A stretch of 64,000 nucleotides of DNA from the NCBI GenBank assembly GCA_017505785.1, contig JAFVOQ010000004.1, positions 733 to 64,732 on the forward strand. The letters run 5' to 3'. Under the pieces are notes generated by a model. It saw only the letters and a list, made by a program, of their open reading frames with translations, was not told the origin of the DNA and ran no database searches. Both the position numbers and the translations under genes were made by a program. The stretch is from Clostridia bacterium. GTDB lineage: Bacteria > Bacillota > Clostridia > Oscillospirales > CAG-272. Below are positions 18,363-27,406 of this stretch, one piece after another (within the stretch, counting starts at the first letter, position 1; each line of letters begins with the position of its first letter).

Positions 18363-19658
18363 TTATTTATCAGCAAGGCAAGCAATGCCGGGCAGAGTTT
18401 TGCCCTCGAGGAACTCAAGAGATGCACCGCCACCGGTAGAAACGTGTGTCATCTTGTCTGCAAAGCCAAGCTTTTCTACTGCCGCTGCAGAGTCACCGCC
18501 GCCGATGATCGAGATCGCATCACTTTCAGCCACAGCCTTCGCAACCGTTTCGGTGCCTGCGGCAAATGCCTCCCATTCGGACACGCCCATCGGGCCATTC
18601 CAAACAACGGTACCTGCATTCTTCAGCACGTCGGCAAACAGCTGCTGCGACTTAGGACCGATGTCAAGACCCATCCAGCCCTCAGGCATCTTATCGGAAT
18701 CCGCAAAGCAGCTTTCGGTATCGGGATCGTATGCCTTGCCAAGCTTGTTATCAACGGGAAGCAGGAAGTTTACACCCTTTGCCTTCGCCTTCTCCATGAG
18801 TTCAAGCGCAAGATCAAGCTTGTCATGTTCGCAAATAGAGGTGCCGATCTCATAGCCCTGTGCCTTAAAGAAGGTATAAGCCATGCCACCGCCAACGATA
18901 AGCGTATCCACCTTTTCGATAAGATTATTGATAACACCGATCTTATCCGAAACCTTTGCACCGCCAAGGATAGCAACGAAGGGGCGCTTGGGGTCGGAGA
19001 GAGCGCCGCCCATAATGGAGATCTCCTTTTGAATGAGATAGCCGCAAACAGCGGGCAGGTAGTCTGCAAGGCCTGCGGTAGAAGCGTGTGCACGGTGTGC
19101 CGTGCCGAACGCATCGTTTACGTAAATTTCAGCCATGGAAGCCATTTCCTTGGCAAACTCAGGATCGTTTTTGGTTTCCTTCTTGTGGAAACGAACGTTC
19201 TCAAGCATCAGCACCTCACCGGGGCGAAGAGCTGCTGCCTTTGCCTTTGCATCGTCACCGATGACGTCCTTTGCCATCTGTACCTCAACGCCAAGCAGCT
19301 CGGAAAGGCGCTTTGCTACGGGAGCGAGCGAGAACTTCTCAGCATCGCCCTTTGCCTTTTCAAGATATGCGGCGGTTGCAGCTGCCTGCTCTGCCTCGGG
19401 GAGCTCCTCAACCTTTTTCTTTTCCTTCTTGTCAAGCTCAAGCTTTGCGTCGAAAATGTTGTGAGGTCTGCCAAAGTGCGAGCACAGAATAACGGCAGCA
19501 CCGTTATCAAGCAGATATTTAATCGTAGGGAGTGCGCCAACGATGCGCTTGTCATCGGTGATAACACCGTCAATCATGGGCACGTTGAAATCGCAACGGG
19601 CAATTACCTTTTTGCCGGCAACGGCGATATCCTCAATCGTTTTCTTGTTGTAGGTCAT
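18363..19658 (-). CDS. pgk: Phosphoglycerate kinase (with a lineage-specific K/E/A-rich insertion)
   Basis: [27 protein letters not shown]..., plus GGGMAYTF and [14 protein letters not shown]. The start at ATG 19658 has an AAAGGTGG RBS. The ORF extends to 19712. Confidence 0.95.
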   Translation of the reverse strand: MTYNKKTIEDIAVAGKKVIARCDFNVPMIDGVITDDKRIVGALPTIKYLLDNGAAVILCSHFGRPHNIFDAKLELDKKEKKKVEELPEAEQAAATAAYLEKAKGDAEKFSLAPVAKRLSELLGVEVQMAKDVIGDDAKAKAAALRPGEVLMLENVRFHKKETKNDPEFAKEMASMAEIYVNDAFGTAHRAHASTAGLADYLPAVCGYLIQKEISIMGGALSDPKRPFVAILGGAKVSDKIGVINNLIEKVDTLIVGGGMAYTFFKAQGYEIGTSICEHDKLDLALELMEKAKAKGVNFLLPVDNKLGKAYDPDTESCFADSDKMPEGWMGLDIGPKSQQLFADVLKNAGTVVWNGPMGVSEWEAFAAGTETVAKAVAESDAISIIGGGDSAAAVEKLGFADKMTHVSTGGGASLEFLEGKTLPGIACLADK

Positions 19659-19785
19659 TTTAATGATCCACCTTTCATAGTTGATGTCCCACGCATGTGG
19701 GGTAAATTTCAAAACAGTATTATTTTAGCACATTGTTTAAAATTTATCAAGATAAAATTCCCAAAAAAAGCGAATATTTTAAAAA

Positions 19786-20553
19786 TTATTTATTTTTAAA
19801 TAGCTTACTAAATATCCCATAACGCCCACGACGTGCAACACTGTCCCCTTGCGACGGTTTTTTGGCAGCGGCGGGACAGGGACCGGGCACCTCCCTTTTG
19901 GCGGACTGCAAGCGAATGACACGCGGCATGGGGGAGCTCTCTTGGGGGATCTGTGATGCGGTTTTTGTCACGTTATCCTTCGCAACGGTATGCGGTTTTT
20001 CCGTTGCTTCCCCGACTTCTGTCTGCGTGTACGACTGCGGCAGGGGGTCGTAGTCCTGCGTGGGCGGATCGATTTCCTCTAAAAGCACCTTCGGTTCGGG
20101 GGCGATGATCGGCGCGGCACTGTGCGCTTCTCTTAAAGGCCTTGCCACAGCCCCCACGGGTGCCTTCATGGTAAGCGGTGTAAAGCCCTCCTTGCTATGA
20201 AACAAGATCTCATAATCACACACGCCGCGCCTGAGCATTGCAATGGCGCGAAGGCAAGCCTTTTTGGTGGCATAGGCAGGTGAGGTGATCACGCTTTTAC
20301 CATTTGCCGATTTTACCAAAAATGCAAAGCCGCCCTCCCCCGCAACGATCTCAAACTTGGGGTTTGGCCCATACTCGCCCAAGGTGGCATCATAGACAGG
20401 CATGACAGGAGCGTTTACAATAAGGCTGACTATGCCCTTTTTGCAAGCATCAAGCGTTGCATAATGGCGCGACACAGCAAGTGTTTGGCCGTGGTCCGAC
20501 TGCAATTGAAAGCGATCGCCCGCAGCCGATCTTGAAATGATAAATTTACCCAT
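19786..20553 (-). CDS. YegP/DUF1508-family protein (two repeats) with a long disordered C-terminal tail
   Basis: It has two units of the FxLxSxxGQxLAxSxxYxxxxACxxGI type (RFQLQSDHGQTLAVSRHYATLDACKKGI and FAFLVKSANGKSVITSPAYATKKACLRAI). A P/Q/E-rich tail of about 120 aa follows and ends in basic RRGRYGIFSKLFKNK. Confidence 0.75.
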   Translation of the reverse strand: MGKFIISRSAAGDRFQLQSDHGQTLAVSRHYATLDACKKGIVSLIVNAPVMPVYDATLGEYGPNPKFEIVAGEGGFAFLVKSANGKSVITSPAYATKKACLRAIAMLRRGVCDYEILFHSKEGFTPLTMKAPVGAVARPLREAHSAAPIIAPEPKVLLEEIDPPTQDYDPLPQSYTQTEVGEATEKPHTVAKDNVTKTASQIPQESSPMPRVIRLQSAKREVPGPCPAAAKKPSQGDSVARRGRYGIFSKLFKNK

Positions 20554-20652
20554 GATATCACCCCGTTACATTAAAATACCGTTACTCTATGTTATATTTT
20601 AACATCCCAACCGCGCCGTGTCAAGAAATACCGTAATTTTGCACTTGCGCAA

Positions 20653-20688
20653 CAAAAGGGGGGAACAGACCCTTATAGCCTGTTCCCC
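20653..20688 (-). terminator. Terminator after the DUF11-repeat gene
   Basis: The minus strand reads GGGGAACAG gctataagggt CTGTTCCCC followed by CCTTTTGTT. Confidence 0.7.
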
Positions 20689-20724
20689 TTGGTTCTTGAT
20701 TTAACCAGCTTGCACAGATCCCTT

Positions 20725-21552
20725 TTAAGCAGTGACTACACCGCTAATGGTAAGCACCGCGGTAGCACCTGCCGGGAGCATGATCAAGGCAACGGGATCA
20801 AGAGTAAAGAACCCGTCAGCACTAACCGTATAATCCGTACCTGCCACAAGCGGCACGCTAATGCCACCGACCGTAAGCGTAGCTACCGTAAAGGAGAAGC
20901 CTTCGGGGAGCCGGTCGGTCAGGCTATCGAGCGTAATGGCAGCATCGGAGGTGTTGGTGATCGTAAACTGATAATTGATCGTGTCACCCACGTTTGCCGT
21001 TTCGGGCGCGTTTTTTACGATAGTCAGCCGTGTACGGGTAATGGTTGCAGTGTCGCTATCGGTAATGGTGGGACCGGTTGCGTTGCCTTGGTTTGCGCCA
21101 CCCTGCGCGGTCGATACGATCTCATCCTCGGTAGCGCTCTGTACCACCGCACTGTACGTGATATACACAAAGCCGCCTGCGGGAATGGCGGTGTCAAGAT
21201 CAAAGGTGATCGGCGACGCCTGTGTGGCGGTCACGGGGACTGCACTCACATCGCCCTCTGCATACAAAAAGGCGGTTGCACTGCCCGCCACGTAAGAGAG
21301 CTCCCCACCCTCGAAATCAACAACAACAAAGGGGTTATAAAGTGTGCCCGAGCCTGTGTTGCGCAAAAGAACTGTATAGAAAATAGTATCCCCTACGGCA
21401 AAGGCTGTGGGCGTGGCAGCATGGCTGACCTCAAGACCGTAGTTCACGTTTACCTCGGTGGTGGTGATATTGGAGTCAAGGGACTGCTGATCGCCGTATT
21501 GTGGCGTAAAAAGCAGCGTACCCTGGTTGATAAGAGTTGGCATTGGTATCAT
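20725..21552 (-). CDS. Tandem DUF11-like (conserved repeat domain) beta-sandwich protein, no signal peptide
   Basis: 275 aa with two repeats carrying the GDTIxYTxxxxNTG pattern (GDTIFYTVLLRNTGSG and GDTINYQFTITNTSDA). There is no hydrophobic N-terminus. The start could be ATG 21552 or 21543. Confidence 0.65.
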   Translation of the reverse strand: MIPMPTLINQGTLLFTPQYGDQQSLDSNITTTEVNVNYGLEVSHAATPTAFAVGDTIFYTVLLRNTGSGTLYNPFVVVDFEGGELSYVAGSATAFLYAEGDVSAVPVTATQASPITFDLDTAIPAGGFVYITYSAVVQSATEDEIVSTAQGGANQGNATGPTITDSDTATITRTRLTIVKNAPETANVGDTINYQFTITNTSDAAITLDSLTDRLPEGFSFTVATLTVGGISVPLVAGTDYTVSADGFFTLDPVALIMLPAGATAVLTISGVVTA

Positions 21553-21660
21553 TTCCTTTCTGCGGGAATTCCCCCCGCATTAACAGGATATGACATTTTT
21601 CGCTGACGAGCTCCCACAGGCGAGAAAAAAGCGAGGCAAGCGCCTCGCTTTTTTGACTAT

Positions 21661-22224
21661 TTATTTCTTTGCAATTTCCTCAAGCAGCTTAGTCTGCTTT
21701 TCAACGTTAGCATAGAAGGCTGCGAGTGCATCCTCCTTTGCCTGCACTGCTGCTGCGGCGGCCTCTGCCTTTGCCTTTTCCTCTGCCTTTTTCTTTTCCT
21801 CGTCAGCCTTTGCCTTTGCGGCAGCCTCAGCAATTTCCTTGGCATCGAGGCGCGCGCGAACACCGTTGATGACACGCACGATCACAAAGAGCGTAAAGGC
21901 GATCAGCAGGAAGTTGATGATCGCATTGATAAATGCGCCCCAGTCGATGTAAATGGATTGCGTGAGATCGGGACCCGTGCCGTCGGCAAGCTCGACGCGC
22001 GTTAAGAAGGTATAGACCTCACTGAGCGAATCCGTGCCGAGAATGGCGGCGAGGATCCAGTTGATCAGAGGCTTGAGAATGTTATTACTAAGCGCGTTGA
22101 TGATCGCCGTGAAGGCACCACCCACGATAACGCCGACAGCCATATCGAGCACGTTACCGCGTGTAATGAACTTTTTAAAGTCCTTAAAAAAGCCGTCCTT
22201 TTTTGCTTTCAATTCCTTTTTCAT
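21661..22224 (-). CDS. mscL: Large-conductance mechanosensitive channel with an extended A/K/E-rich C-terminal tail
   Basis: FKKFITRGNVLDMAVGVIVGGAFTAIINALSNNILKPLI is the MscL signature. At 187 aa it is longer than usual because of an AEAAAKAKADEEKKKAEEKAKAEAAAAA tail. Confidence 0.92.
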   Translation of the reverse strand: MKKELKAKKDGFFKDFKKFITRGNVLDMAVGVIVGGAFTAIINALSNNILKPLINWILAAILGTDSLSEVYTFLTRVELADGTGPDLTQSIYIDWGAFINAIINFLLIAFTLFVIVRVINGVRARLDAKEIAEAAAKAKADEEKKKAEEKAKAEAAAAAVQAKEDALAAFYANVEKQTKLLEEIAKK

Positions 22225-22336
22225 TTTTCTTCGTTATCCTCTCTTTCCTTAGCTTCCCCCACCTCGATACGGTGTTTGTCGCCTAAATATCTGCTTTCCG
22301 CATATATCCCTCCGAGAGAAGCCTATTTATAATTTG

Positions 22337-22365
22337 ACTATAACATTATTTTCGCCCCTTGTCAA
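22337..22365 (-). promoter_or_regulatory. Promoter for mscL (TTGACA-17-TATAGT)
   Basis: The minus strand reads TTGACA aggggcgaaaataatgt TATAGT with a counted spacer. Confidence 0.6.
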
Positions 22366-22385
22366 GAAAAATGCTGAAAATTGTT

Positions 22386-22416
22386 AAAAAAACGCGCCGC
22401 ATTGGAAGGCGGCGCG
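22386..22416 (-). terminator. Rho-independent terminator after aroG
   Basis: The minus strand reads CGCGCCGC cttccaat GCGGCGCG followed by TTTTTTT. Confidence 0.85.
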
Positions 22417-22450
22417 TGGGAGGGGGCCTCCCCTACAATATTTGTGACGT

Positions 22451-23479
22451 TTAGATCAGCTCGGCGATCTCCAGCACCAAGCGCTCGCTCCCCTCCCAAC
22501 CAAGACAGGGATCGGTGATCGATTTTCCAAACACGCCCTCACCGATCTTTTGGCAGCCGTTTTCAAGATAGCTTTCGATCATAAAGCCCTTTACGAGGTG
22601 ACTAATGCCCTTGTTATGACGGCAGGCGTGCAGGACCTCCTTGCAAATGCGCGGCTGCTCGGCATATTTTTTGCCTGAATTTGCATGATTACAGTCTACC
22701 ACAACAGCGGGGTTCTTAAGCCCTGCGCCCTCGTAAAGCGCAGCGAGGTGAGCAAGATCCTCATAGTGATAATTCGGCAGGCTTTGCCCGTGGCGATTGA
22801 CATAACCGCGCAAAATGGCATGCGCCAAGGGATTGCCCTCGGTTGCCACCTCCCAGTTACGGTACTGGAATACGTGCGTGTGCTGTGCGGCGGTGATGGA
22901 GTTCATCATGACCGAAAGGTCGCCACCTGTGGGATTTTTCATACCGACGGGCACATCCATACCGCTTGCTACCAAGCGGTGCTCCTGATTTTCTACCGAC
23001 CGTGCGCCAACAGCAACGTAGGAAAGAAGATCGGAAAGGTATTGGTAGTTGGTGGGGTACAGCATTTCATCGGCGGTAGAAAGCCCCATATCCGTAAGAA
23101 TGCGCGTGTGCAGCTCACGAATGGCAAGCAAGCCACTGTAAAGATCGGGCTTTTTGGTGGGGTCCGGCTGATGCAGCATGCCCTTATATCCGTCACCCGT
23201 GGTGCGCGGCTTATTGGTATAAACACGCATCACAAGCATAAGCTTATCTTTAACCTTTTCCTGCAAGCGCGCAAGGCGTGCGGCATATTCAAGCACAGGC
23301 GGCTCGCTATCCACCGAGCACGGACCGATCAAAAGCACCTTTTTATCGCTTTCTCCCTTAAAAATTTTAGCAAGCTCGGCATCGTGTGCCGCCTTGGTTG
23401 CGGCTGCCGCTGCGCTGATCGAATATTTTTGCTTTACCTCCTCGGGGGTGGGGAGCTCGTGTACAAACTTCATAGACAT
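22451..23479 (-). CDS. aroG: 3-deoxy-7-phosphoheptulonate (DAHP) synthase, class I
   Basis: 342 aa with LLIGPCSVDS, MRVYTNKPRTTGDGYKG and VDCNHANS, all typical of AroF/G/H-type enzymes. Confidence 0.92.
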   Translation of the reverse strand: MSMKFVHELPTPEEVKQKYSISAAAAATKAAHDAELAKIFKGESDKKVLLIGPCSVDSEPPVLEYAARLARLQEKVKDKLMLVMRVYTNKPRTTGDGYKGMLHQPDPTKKPDLYSGLLAIRELHTRILTDMGLSTADEMLYPTNYQYLSDLLSYVAVGARSVENQEHRLVASGMDVPVGMKNPTGGDLSVMMNSITAAQHTHVFQYRNWEVATEGNPLAHAILRGYVNRHGQSLPNYHYEDLAHLAALYEGAGLKNPAVVVDCNHANSGKKYAEQPRICKEVLHACRHNKGISHLVKGFMIESYLENGCQKIGEGVFGKSITDPCLGWEGSERLVLEIAELI

Positions 23480-23515
23480 GGAACATCACTCTTTTCTTTA
23501 TTAAACTAAATTTAC

Positions 23516-23534
23516 TGTGACAAATTTTGTCACA
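23516..23534. promoter_or_regulatory. Perfect 9-1-9 inverted repeat TGTGACAAA-T-TTTGTCACA, a candidate TetR operator
   Basis: Read directly. It lies 37-55 nt upstream of the aroG start and 5 nt upstream of the -35 of the tetR/aro promoter. A third TGTGACAAA half-site is at 23641-23649. Confidence 0.6.
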
Positions 23535-23538
23535 CCCC

Positions 23539-23567
23539 TTGACAACCGTCGCATGATGTGTTACACT
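23539..23567 (+). promoter_or_regulatory. Promoter for the tetR-aro operon (TTGACA-17-TACACT with TGn extension)
   Basis: TTGACA at 23539-23544, a counted 17-nt spacer ending in TGT, and TACACT at 23562-23567. Confidence 0.55.
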
Positions 23568-23665
23568 TGTAATTGTTACAGTCGTAACAGTTACGATTGT
23601 ATCACCAAAAATTAAAATTGTCAACATGATTTGTTTTTTGTGTGACAAAATGGAGGATTTTGTTC

Positions 23666-24229
23666 ATGTCAAAAGGAAGTGAATCCAATCGCCTTGCTAA
23701 AGAATGCATCGTAACCGCATTGGTAGAGCTGATGAAGGTGCGAGATTACGACAGCATTTCTATCACCGACATCGCCAAAAAAGCAGGTGTGTCGCGTATG
23801 GCATATTACCGCAACTACACCTCAAAGGATGACATTTTGAATAAATATATTGAAGAGGTGGGCGAGAGTATTCACCAAAAGATTGCCGAGAGCAACAGCT
23901 CTGCGATCCCTTATGAGTACTTTTATGCCCTTTTTGAGCAGCTTGGGAAATACAGCGATCTTGCTATCGTTGCTTATCGCGCGCACCTCGGAGAGCTGAT
24001 CCTGGCGGCGCTGATCAAGAATATGTTTATCACCTTTCCGCCCCCCGATAGCAGCACCGCGGAGCGTTACCACCGCTTCTTTCTTGCGGGCGCGTTTTAC
24101 AATGTGTTTATCGAGTGGCTAAAGGGTGGCCTTACCGAGGATTGTGCCACCATGGCAAGAATCTGTGCCGATATGGCAACCAACGGCTGCCCCACACCCT
24201 TTGACGAGGTAGAACGGCATGACGCGTAA
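23666..24229 (+). CDS. TetR/AcrR-family transcriptional regulator
   Basis: The HTH segment is ISITDIAKKAGVSRMAYYRNYTSKDDIL. The start at ATG 23666 has a GGAGG RBS at 23652-23656. The 3' end overlaps the tyrA start by 11 nt. Confidence 0.88.
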   Translation: MSKGSESNRLAKECIVTALVELMKVRDYDSISITDIAKKAGVSRMAYYRNYTSKDDILNKYIEEVGESIHQKIAESNSSAIPYEYFYALFEQLGKYSDLAIVAYRAHLGELILAALIKNMFITFPPPDSSTAERYHRFFLAGAFYNVFIEWLKGGLTEDCATMARICADMATNGCPTPFDEVERHDA

Positions 24230-25082
24230 AAATTTGGTGATCGGTATTGTGGGGCTTGGCCTCATTGGCGGCTCAATGGCACGCACCTATGCCGCAGCGG
24301 GACACAAGGTCTTGGCGGCAGAAGCCAATAAGAAAACACTTCAAAAGGCACTGGATGAGCAGGTAGTCACAGGGGAGCTTACCCGTGACACGGTTGCCTG
24401 CTGCGATCTTATTTTACTTGCCGTTTACCCCAAGGCTGCCATTGCCAAGCTGCGTGAGCTGGCAAGTGCTGTGCCACCCACAACCGTGGTAATGGATCTT
24501 TGCGGCACCAAGCGCGAGATATGTGCCGCGTGCTTTGCCATTGCCAAGGAGCACGGCTTCCCCTTTGTGGGCGGCCACCCCATGGCAGGCACGCAGTTTT
24601 CGGGATACGAAAACAGCCGTGCCGGGCTGTTTGAGGGTGCCCCCATGGTACTGGTGCTGCCCGAAGAAAATAAAAATACATTGCGTGAGCATGTGAAGGC
24701 CTTGCTTGCACCCATAGCGTTTGGCAGCTATGCGGAAACCGATGCCGAGGCGCATGACCGTGTCATTGCCTTTACCTCGCAGCTCGCACACGTGGTATCC
24801 AATGCCTACGTAAAAAGCCCACAGGCACAGATCCACCACGGCTTCTCTGCCGGCTCATACCGCGATCTTACGCGCGTGGCTTGGCTAAACGAGCATATGT
24901 GGTGCGAGCTGTTTCTTGAAAACCGCGATTTTTTGGCAGAGGAGATCAGCCACATCATAAGTGCACTCGGTGCCTATCGCACGGCACTTCTTGAAAATGA
25001 TGCAAGCACCCTGACGGCACTGCTGCGTGAAGGGCGTATTGCCAAGGAAAATGCAGACAAAGACGGAGATGATAGCAAATGA
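24219..25082 (+). CDS. tyrA: Prephenate dehydrogenase
   Basis: IGIVGLGLIGGSMAR (Rossmann fold) and GGHPMAG motifs; 287 aa. Confidence 0.9.
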   Translation: MTRKNLVIGIVGLGLIGGSMARTYAAAGHKVLAAEANKKTLQKALDEQVVTGELTRDTVACCDLILLAVYPKAAIAKLRELASAVPPTTVVMDLCGTKREICAACFAIAKEHGFPFVGGHPMAGTQFSGYENSRAGLFEGAPMVLVLPEENKNTLREHVKALLAPIAFGSYAETDAEAHDRVIAFTSQLAHVVSNAYVKSPQAQIHHGFSAGSYRDLTRVAWLNEHMWCELFLENRDFLAEEISHIISALGAYRTALLENDASTLTALLREGRIAKENADKDGDDSK

Positions 25083-26140
25083 AAAGCATTACCGTAAACG
25101 CATCTAAAACCTATCTTGTTGAGGTTGGCAAGGGGCTACTACCCACGGTGGGCGCGCGCATCGCGCAGCTGCTCCCCCCACCCCGTAAGATCATGCTGGT
25201 GAGTGACGATACCGTTGCTTCACTTTACGCCAAAGCCGTACTCACCTCCCTACAGGAGGCAGGATATACCGTTTTCAGCTTTGTTTTTCCGCACGGTGAG
25301 GCATCTAAAAATACCGATACGCTCATTGACCTTTGGAACACCATGGCAGAAAAGGGGCTCTCACGCTCGGATATTGCGGTGGCACTCGGTGGCGGTGTGG
25401 TAGGAGATATCACCGGCTTTGCCGCCGCCACCTATCTGCGCGGCATTGCCTGCTATCAAATCCCCACCACGCTGCTTGCCATGGTAGATTCCTCCGTGGG
25501 CGGCAAGACCGCTGTGGATCTGCCTCACGGCAAAAATCTTTGCGGTGCCTTTTCTCAGCCCATTGGCGTGCTTTGCGACACGGACGTGTTGAAAACGCTG
25601 CCCGATGATATTTATGCCGACGGCTGTGCCGAGGTGATCAAATACGGCTATCTTGGCGACCCCACCCTGCTCTCTTGGCTGGAGAACTCCTTTGAAAGCG
25701 ACTCCGCTCGCGTGATTGCGCGCTGTATTGCTGACAAGCGCGATCTGGTACAGGAGGACGAGCATGACAACGGCAACCGTCAGCTCTTAAATCTTGGGCA
25801 CACGGGCGGTCATGCCGTGGAGCGTCTTTCAAATTTCACGATCTCGCACGGCAGTGCGGTTGCCATTGGCATGCTGCTTGCCGCAAAAGCGGCGGTGGCA
25901 AGGGGCATCTGTCCCCCGAACGTGCCCCTGCACATGGAACAAACGCTGCGTCGCTACCGCTTACCCACCGTTTGCCCTTACACCGCAGAGCAGCTTGCCG
26001 AGGCGGCACTTTCCGACAAGAAACGGCGCGGCGATCGCATCACGCTGATCTTGCCCACGGATCTTGGCAAAAGTGCGCTATTCCCTGTTTTGACCAACGA
26101 CCTCGCAAGTCTTTTTGCCGCAGGAGGCGCACCGCAATGA
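25079..26140 (+). CDS. aroB: 3-dehydroquinate synthase
   Basis: 353 aa with GGGVVGDITGFAAATYLRGI, DSSVGGKTAVD and LNLGHTGGHA motifs. ATGA overlap with tyrA. Confidence 0.95.
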   Translation: MKSITVNASKTYLVEVGKGLLPTVGARIAQLLPPPRKIMLVSDDTVASLYAKAVLTSLQEAGYTVFSFVFPHGEASKNTDTLIDLWNTMAEKGLSRSDIAVALGGGVVGDITGFAAATYLRGIACYQIPTTLLAMVDSSVGGKTAVDLPHGKNLCGAFSQPIGVLCDTDVLKTLPDDIYADGCAEVIKYGYLGDPTLLSWLENSFESDSARVIARCIADKRDLVQEDEHDNGNRQLLNLGHTGGHAVERLSNFTISHGSAVAIGMLLAAKAAVARGICPPNVPLHMEQTLRRYRLPTVCPYTAEQLAEAALSDKKRRGDRITLILPTDLGKSALFPVLTNDLASLFAAGGAPQ

Positions 26141-27405
26141 ACGTTGTTTTAAAATCACCCGCCTATGCCTCCACGGTAGCGGCTCCCACCTCAAAATCGG
26201 TGGCGCACCGCGCTCTTATCGCGGCGGCATTTGCTGAGCGTGAAACCGTGATCCCCATGCGTGTATCCTGCGAGGATATCGATGCGACGGCACGCTGTCT
26301 TTCGGCACTCGGTGTTGGCATCACAAAAACCGCACGCGGCCTTACCGTAACGCCGATATCGCGCGAAAGCATCAATAAAAACGCCGTGCTTGATTGCGGC
26401 GAATCGGGCTCCACCTTACGCTTTTTGCTACCCGTTTGCGCCGCACTGGGTGCTGATGCCACCTTTTTGCGGCGCGGCAGGCTTCCGCAGCGCCCTCTAT
26501 CTCCGCTTGACGAGGAGCTGAAGCGGCACGGTCTGGTACTGCTTGAGCAGGATGAAAAGCTGATCACCCACGGCAAAATTTCCGCGGGCGAGTACAGCAT
26601 TGCCGCAAACGTTTCCTCCCAATATATCACGGGGCTTTTATTTGCCCTTTCCCTGCTTGACGCCCCCTCAACGCTTACACTTACGGGCAAGGTGGAATCC
26701 GCGCCCTATATCGATATGACAACCGATATGCTCTCACGCTTCGCTGCTCCGCCCACCGTTTGTGGCAGCCACGCCGCCTTTTGGGTTGCGGGGTATCAAG
26801 CGCAGCCGCTTCTCTCCCCTCGCGAGATCGTACCCGAGGGTGACTTTTCGGGGGCAGCCTTCCCCTTGGCACTCGGTGCTATCGGCGCGCACGCTGTCAC
26901 CGTCACGGGTCTTTCCCTGCCTTCCTTGCAGGGGGACAGTGCCATTTTAGATCTTTTGGCTCGCTTTGGCGCAAAGGTAACGCAAACACTTGACACGGTC
27001 ACGGTTTCCCCCGCCCCCCTCTTTGGCATAGATATTGACGCTGCACAGATCCCCGATCTTGTGCCCATTCTTGCCGTGGTGGCGGCAGCCGCAAGCGGCA
27101 CAACGCGTATTACGGGAGCAAAGCGATTGCGCTTAAAGGAAAGCGACCGCCTTGCCGCCATTACCGCGTTTTTACGCACCCTTGGTGGGGATATTACCGA
27201 AAATGAAGACGGCCTCACCGTTGTGGGCGGCAAGCCGCTTCACGGCGGAACGGTCAATACCTGCGGCGATCACCGCATTGCCATGAGTGCCGCCGCCGCG
27301 GCACTTTTGACCGAAGAAGCAGTTACCATTCCTCACGCGGAATGTGTGCAAAAATCCTATCCTACATTTTTTGACGAGGTGGTGCTTGCCACCGACAAGG
27401 AGTAA
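26137..27405 (+). CDS. aroA: 3-phosphoshikimate 1-carboxyvinyltransferase (EPSP synthase)
   Basis: MNVVLKSPAYASTVAAPTSKSVAHRALIAAAF..., plus LKESDRL and GDHRIAMS. The start at ATG 26137 has an AGGAGG RBS and an ATGA overlap with aroB. The ORF extends upstream to 25972. Confidence 0.95.
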   Translation: MNVVLKSPAYASTVAAPTSKSVAHRALIAAAFAERETVIPMRVSCEDIDATARCLSALGVGITKTARGLTVTPISRESINKNAVLDCGESGSTLRFLLPVCAALGADATFLRRGRLPQRPLSPLDEELKRHGLVLLEQDEKLITHGKISAGEYSIAANVSSQYITGLLFALSLLDAPSTLTLTGKVESAPYIDMTTDMLSRFAAPPTVCGSHAAFWVAGYQAQPLLSPREIVPEGDFSGAAFPLALGAIGAHAVTVTGLSLPSLQGDSAILDLLARFGAKVTQTLDTVTVSPAPLFGIDIDAAQIPDLVPILAVVAAAASGTTRITGAKRLRLKESDRLAAITAFLRTLGGDITENEDGLTVVGGKPLHGGTVNTCGDHRIAMSAAAAALLTEEAVTIPHAECVQKSYPTFFDEVVLATDKE

Positions 27406-27406
27406 T

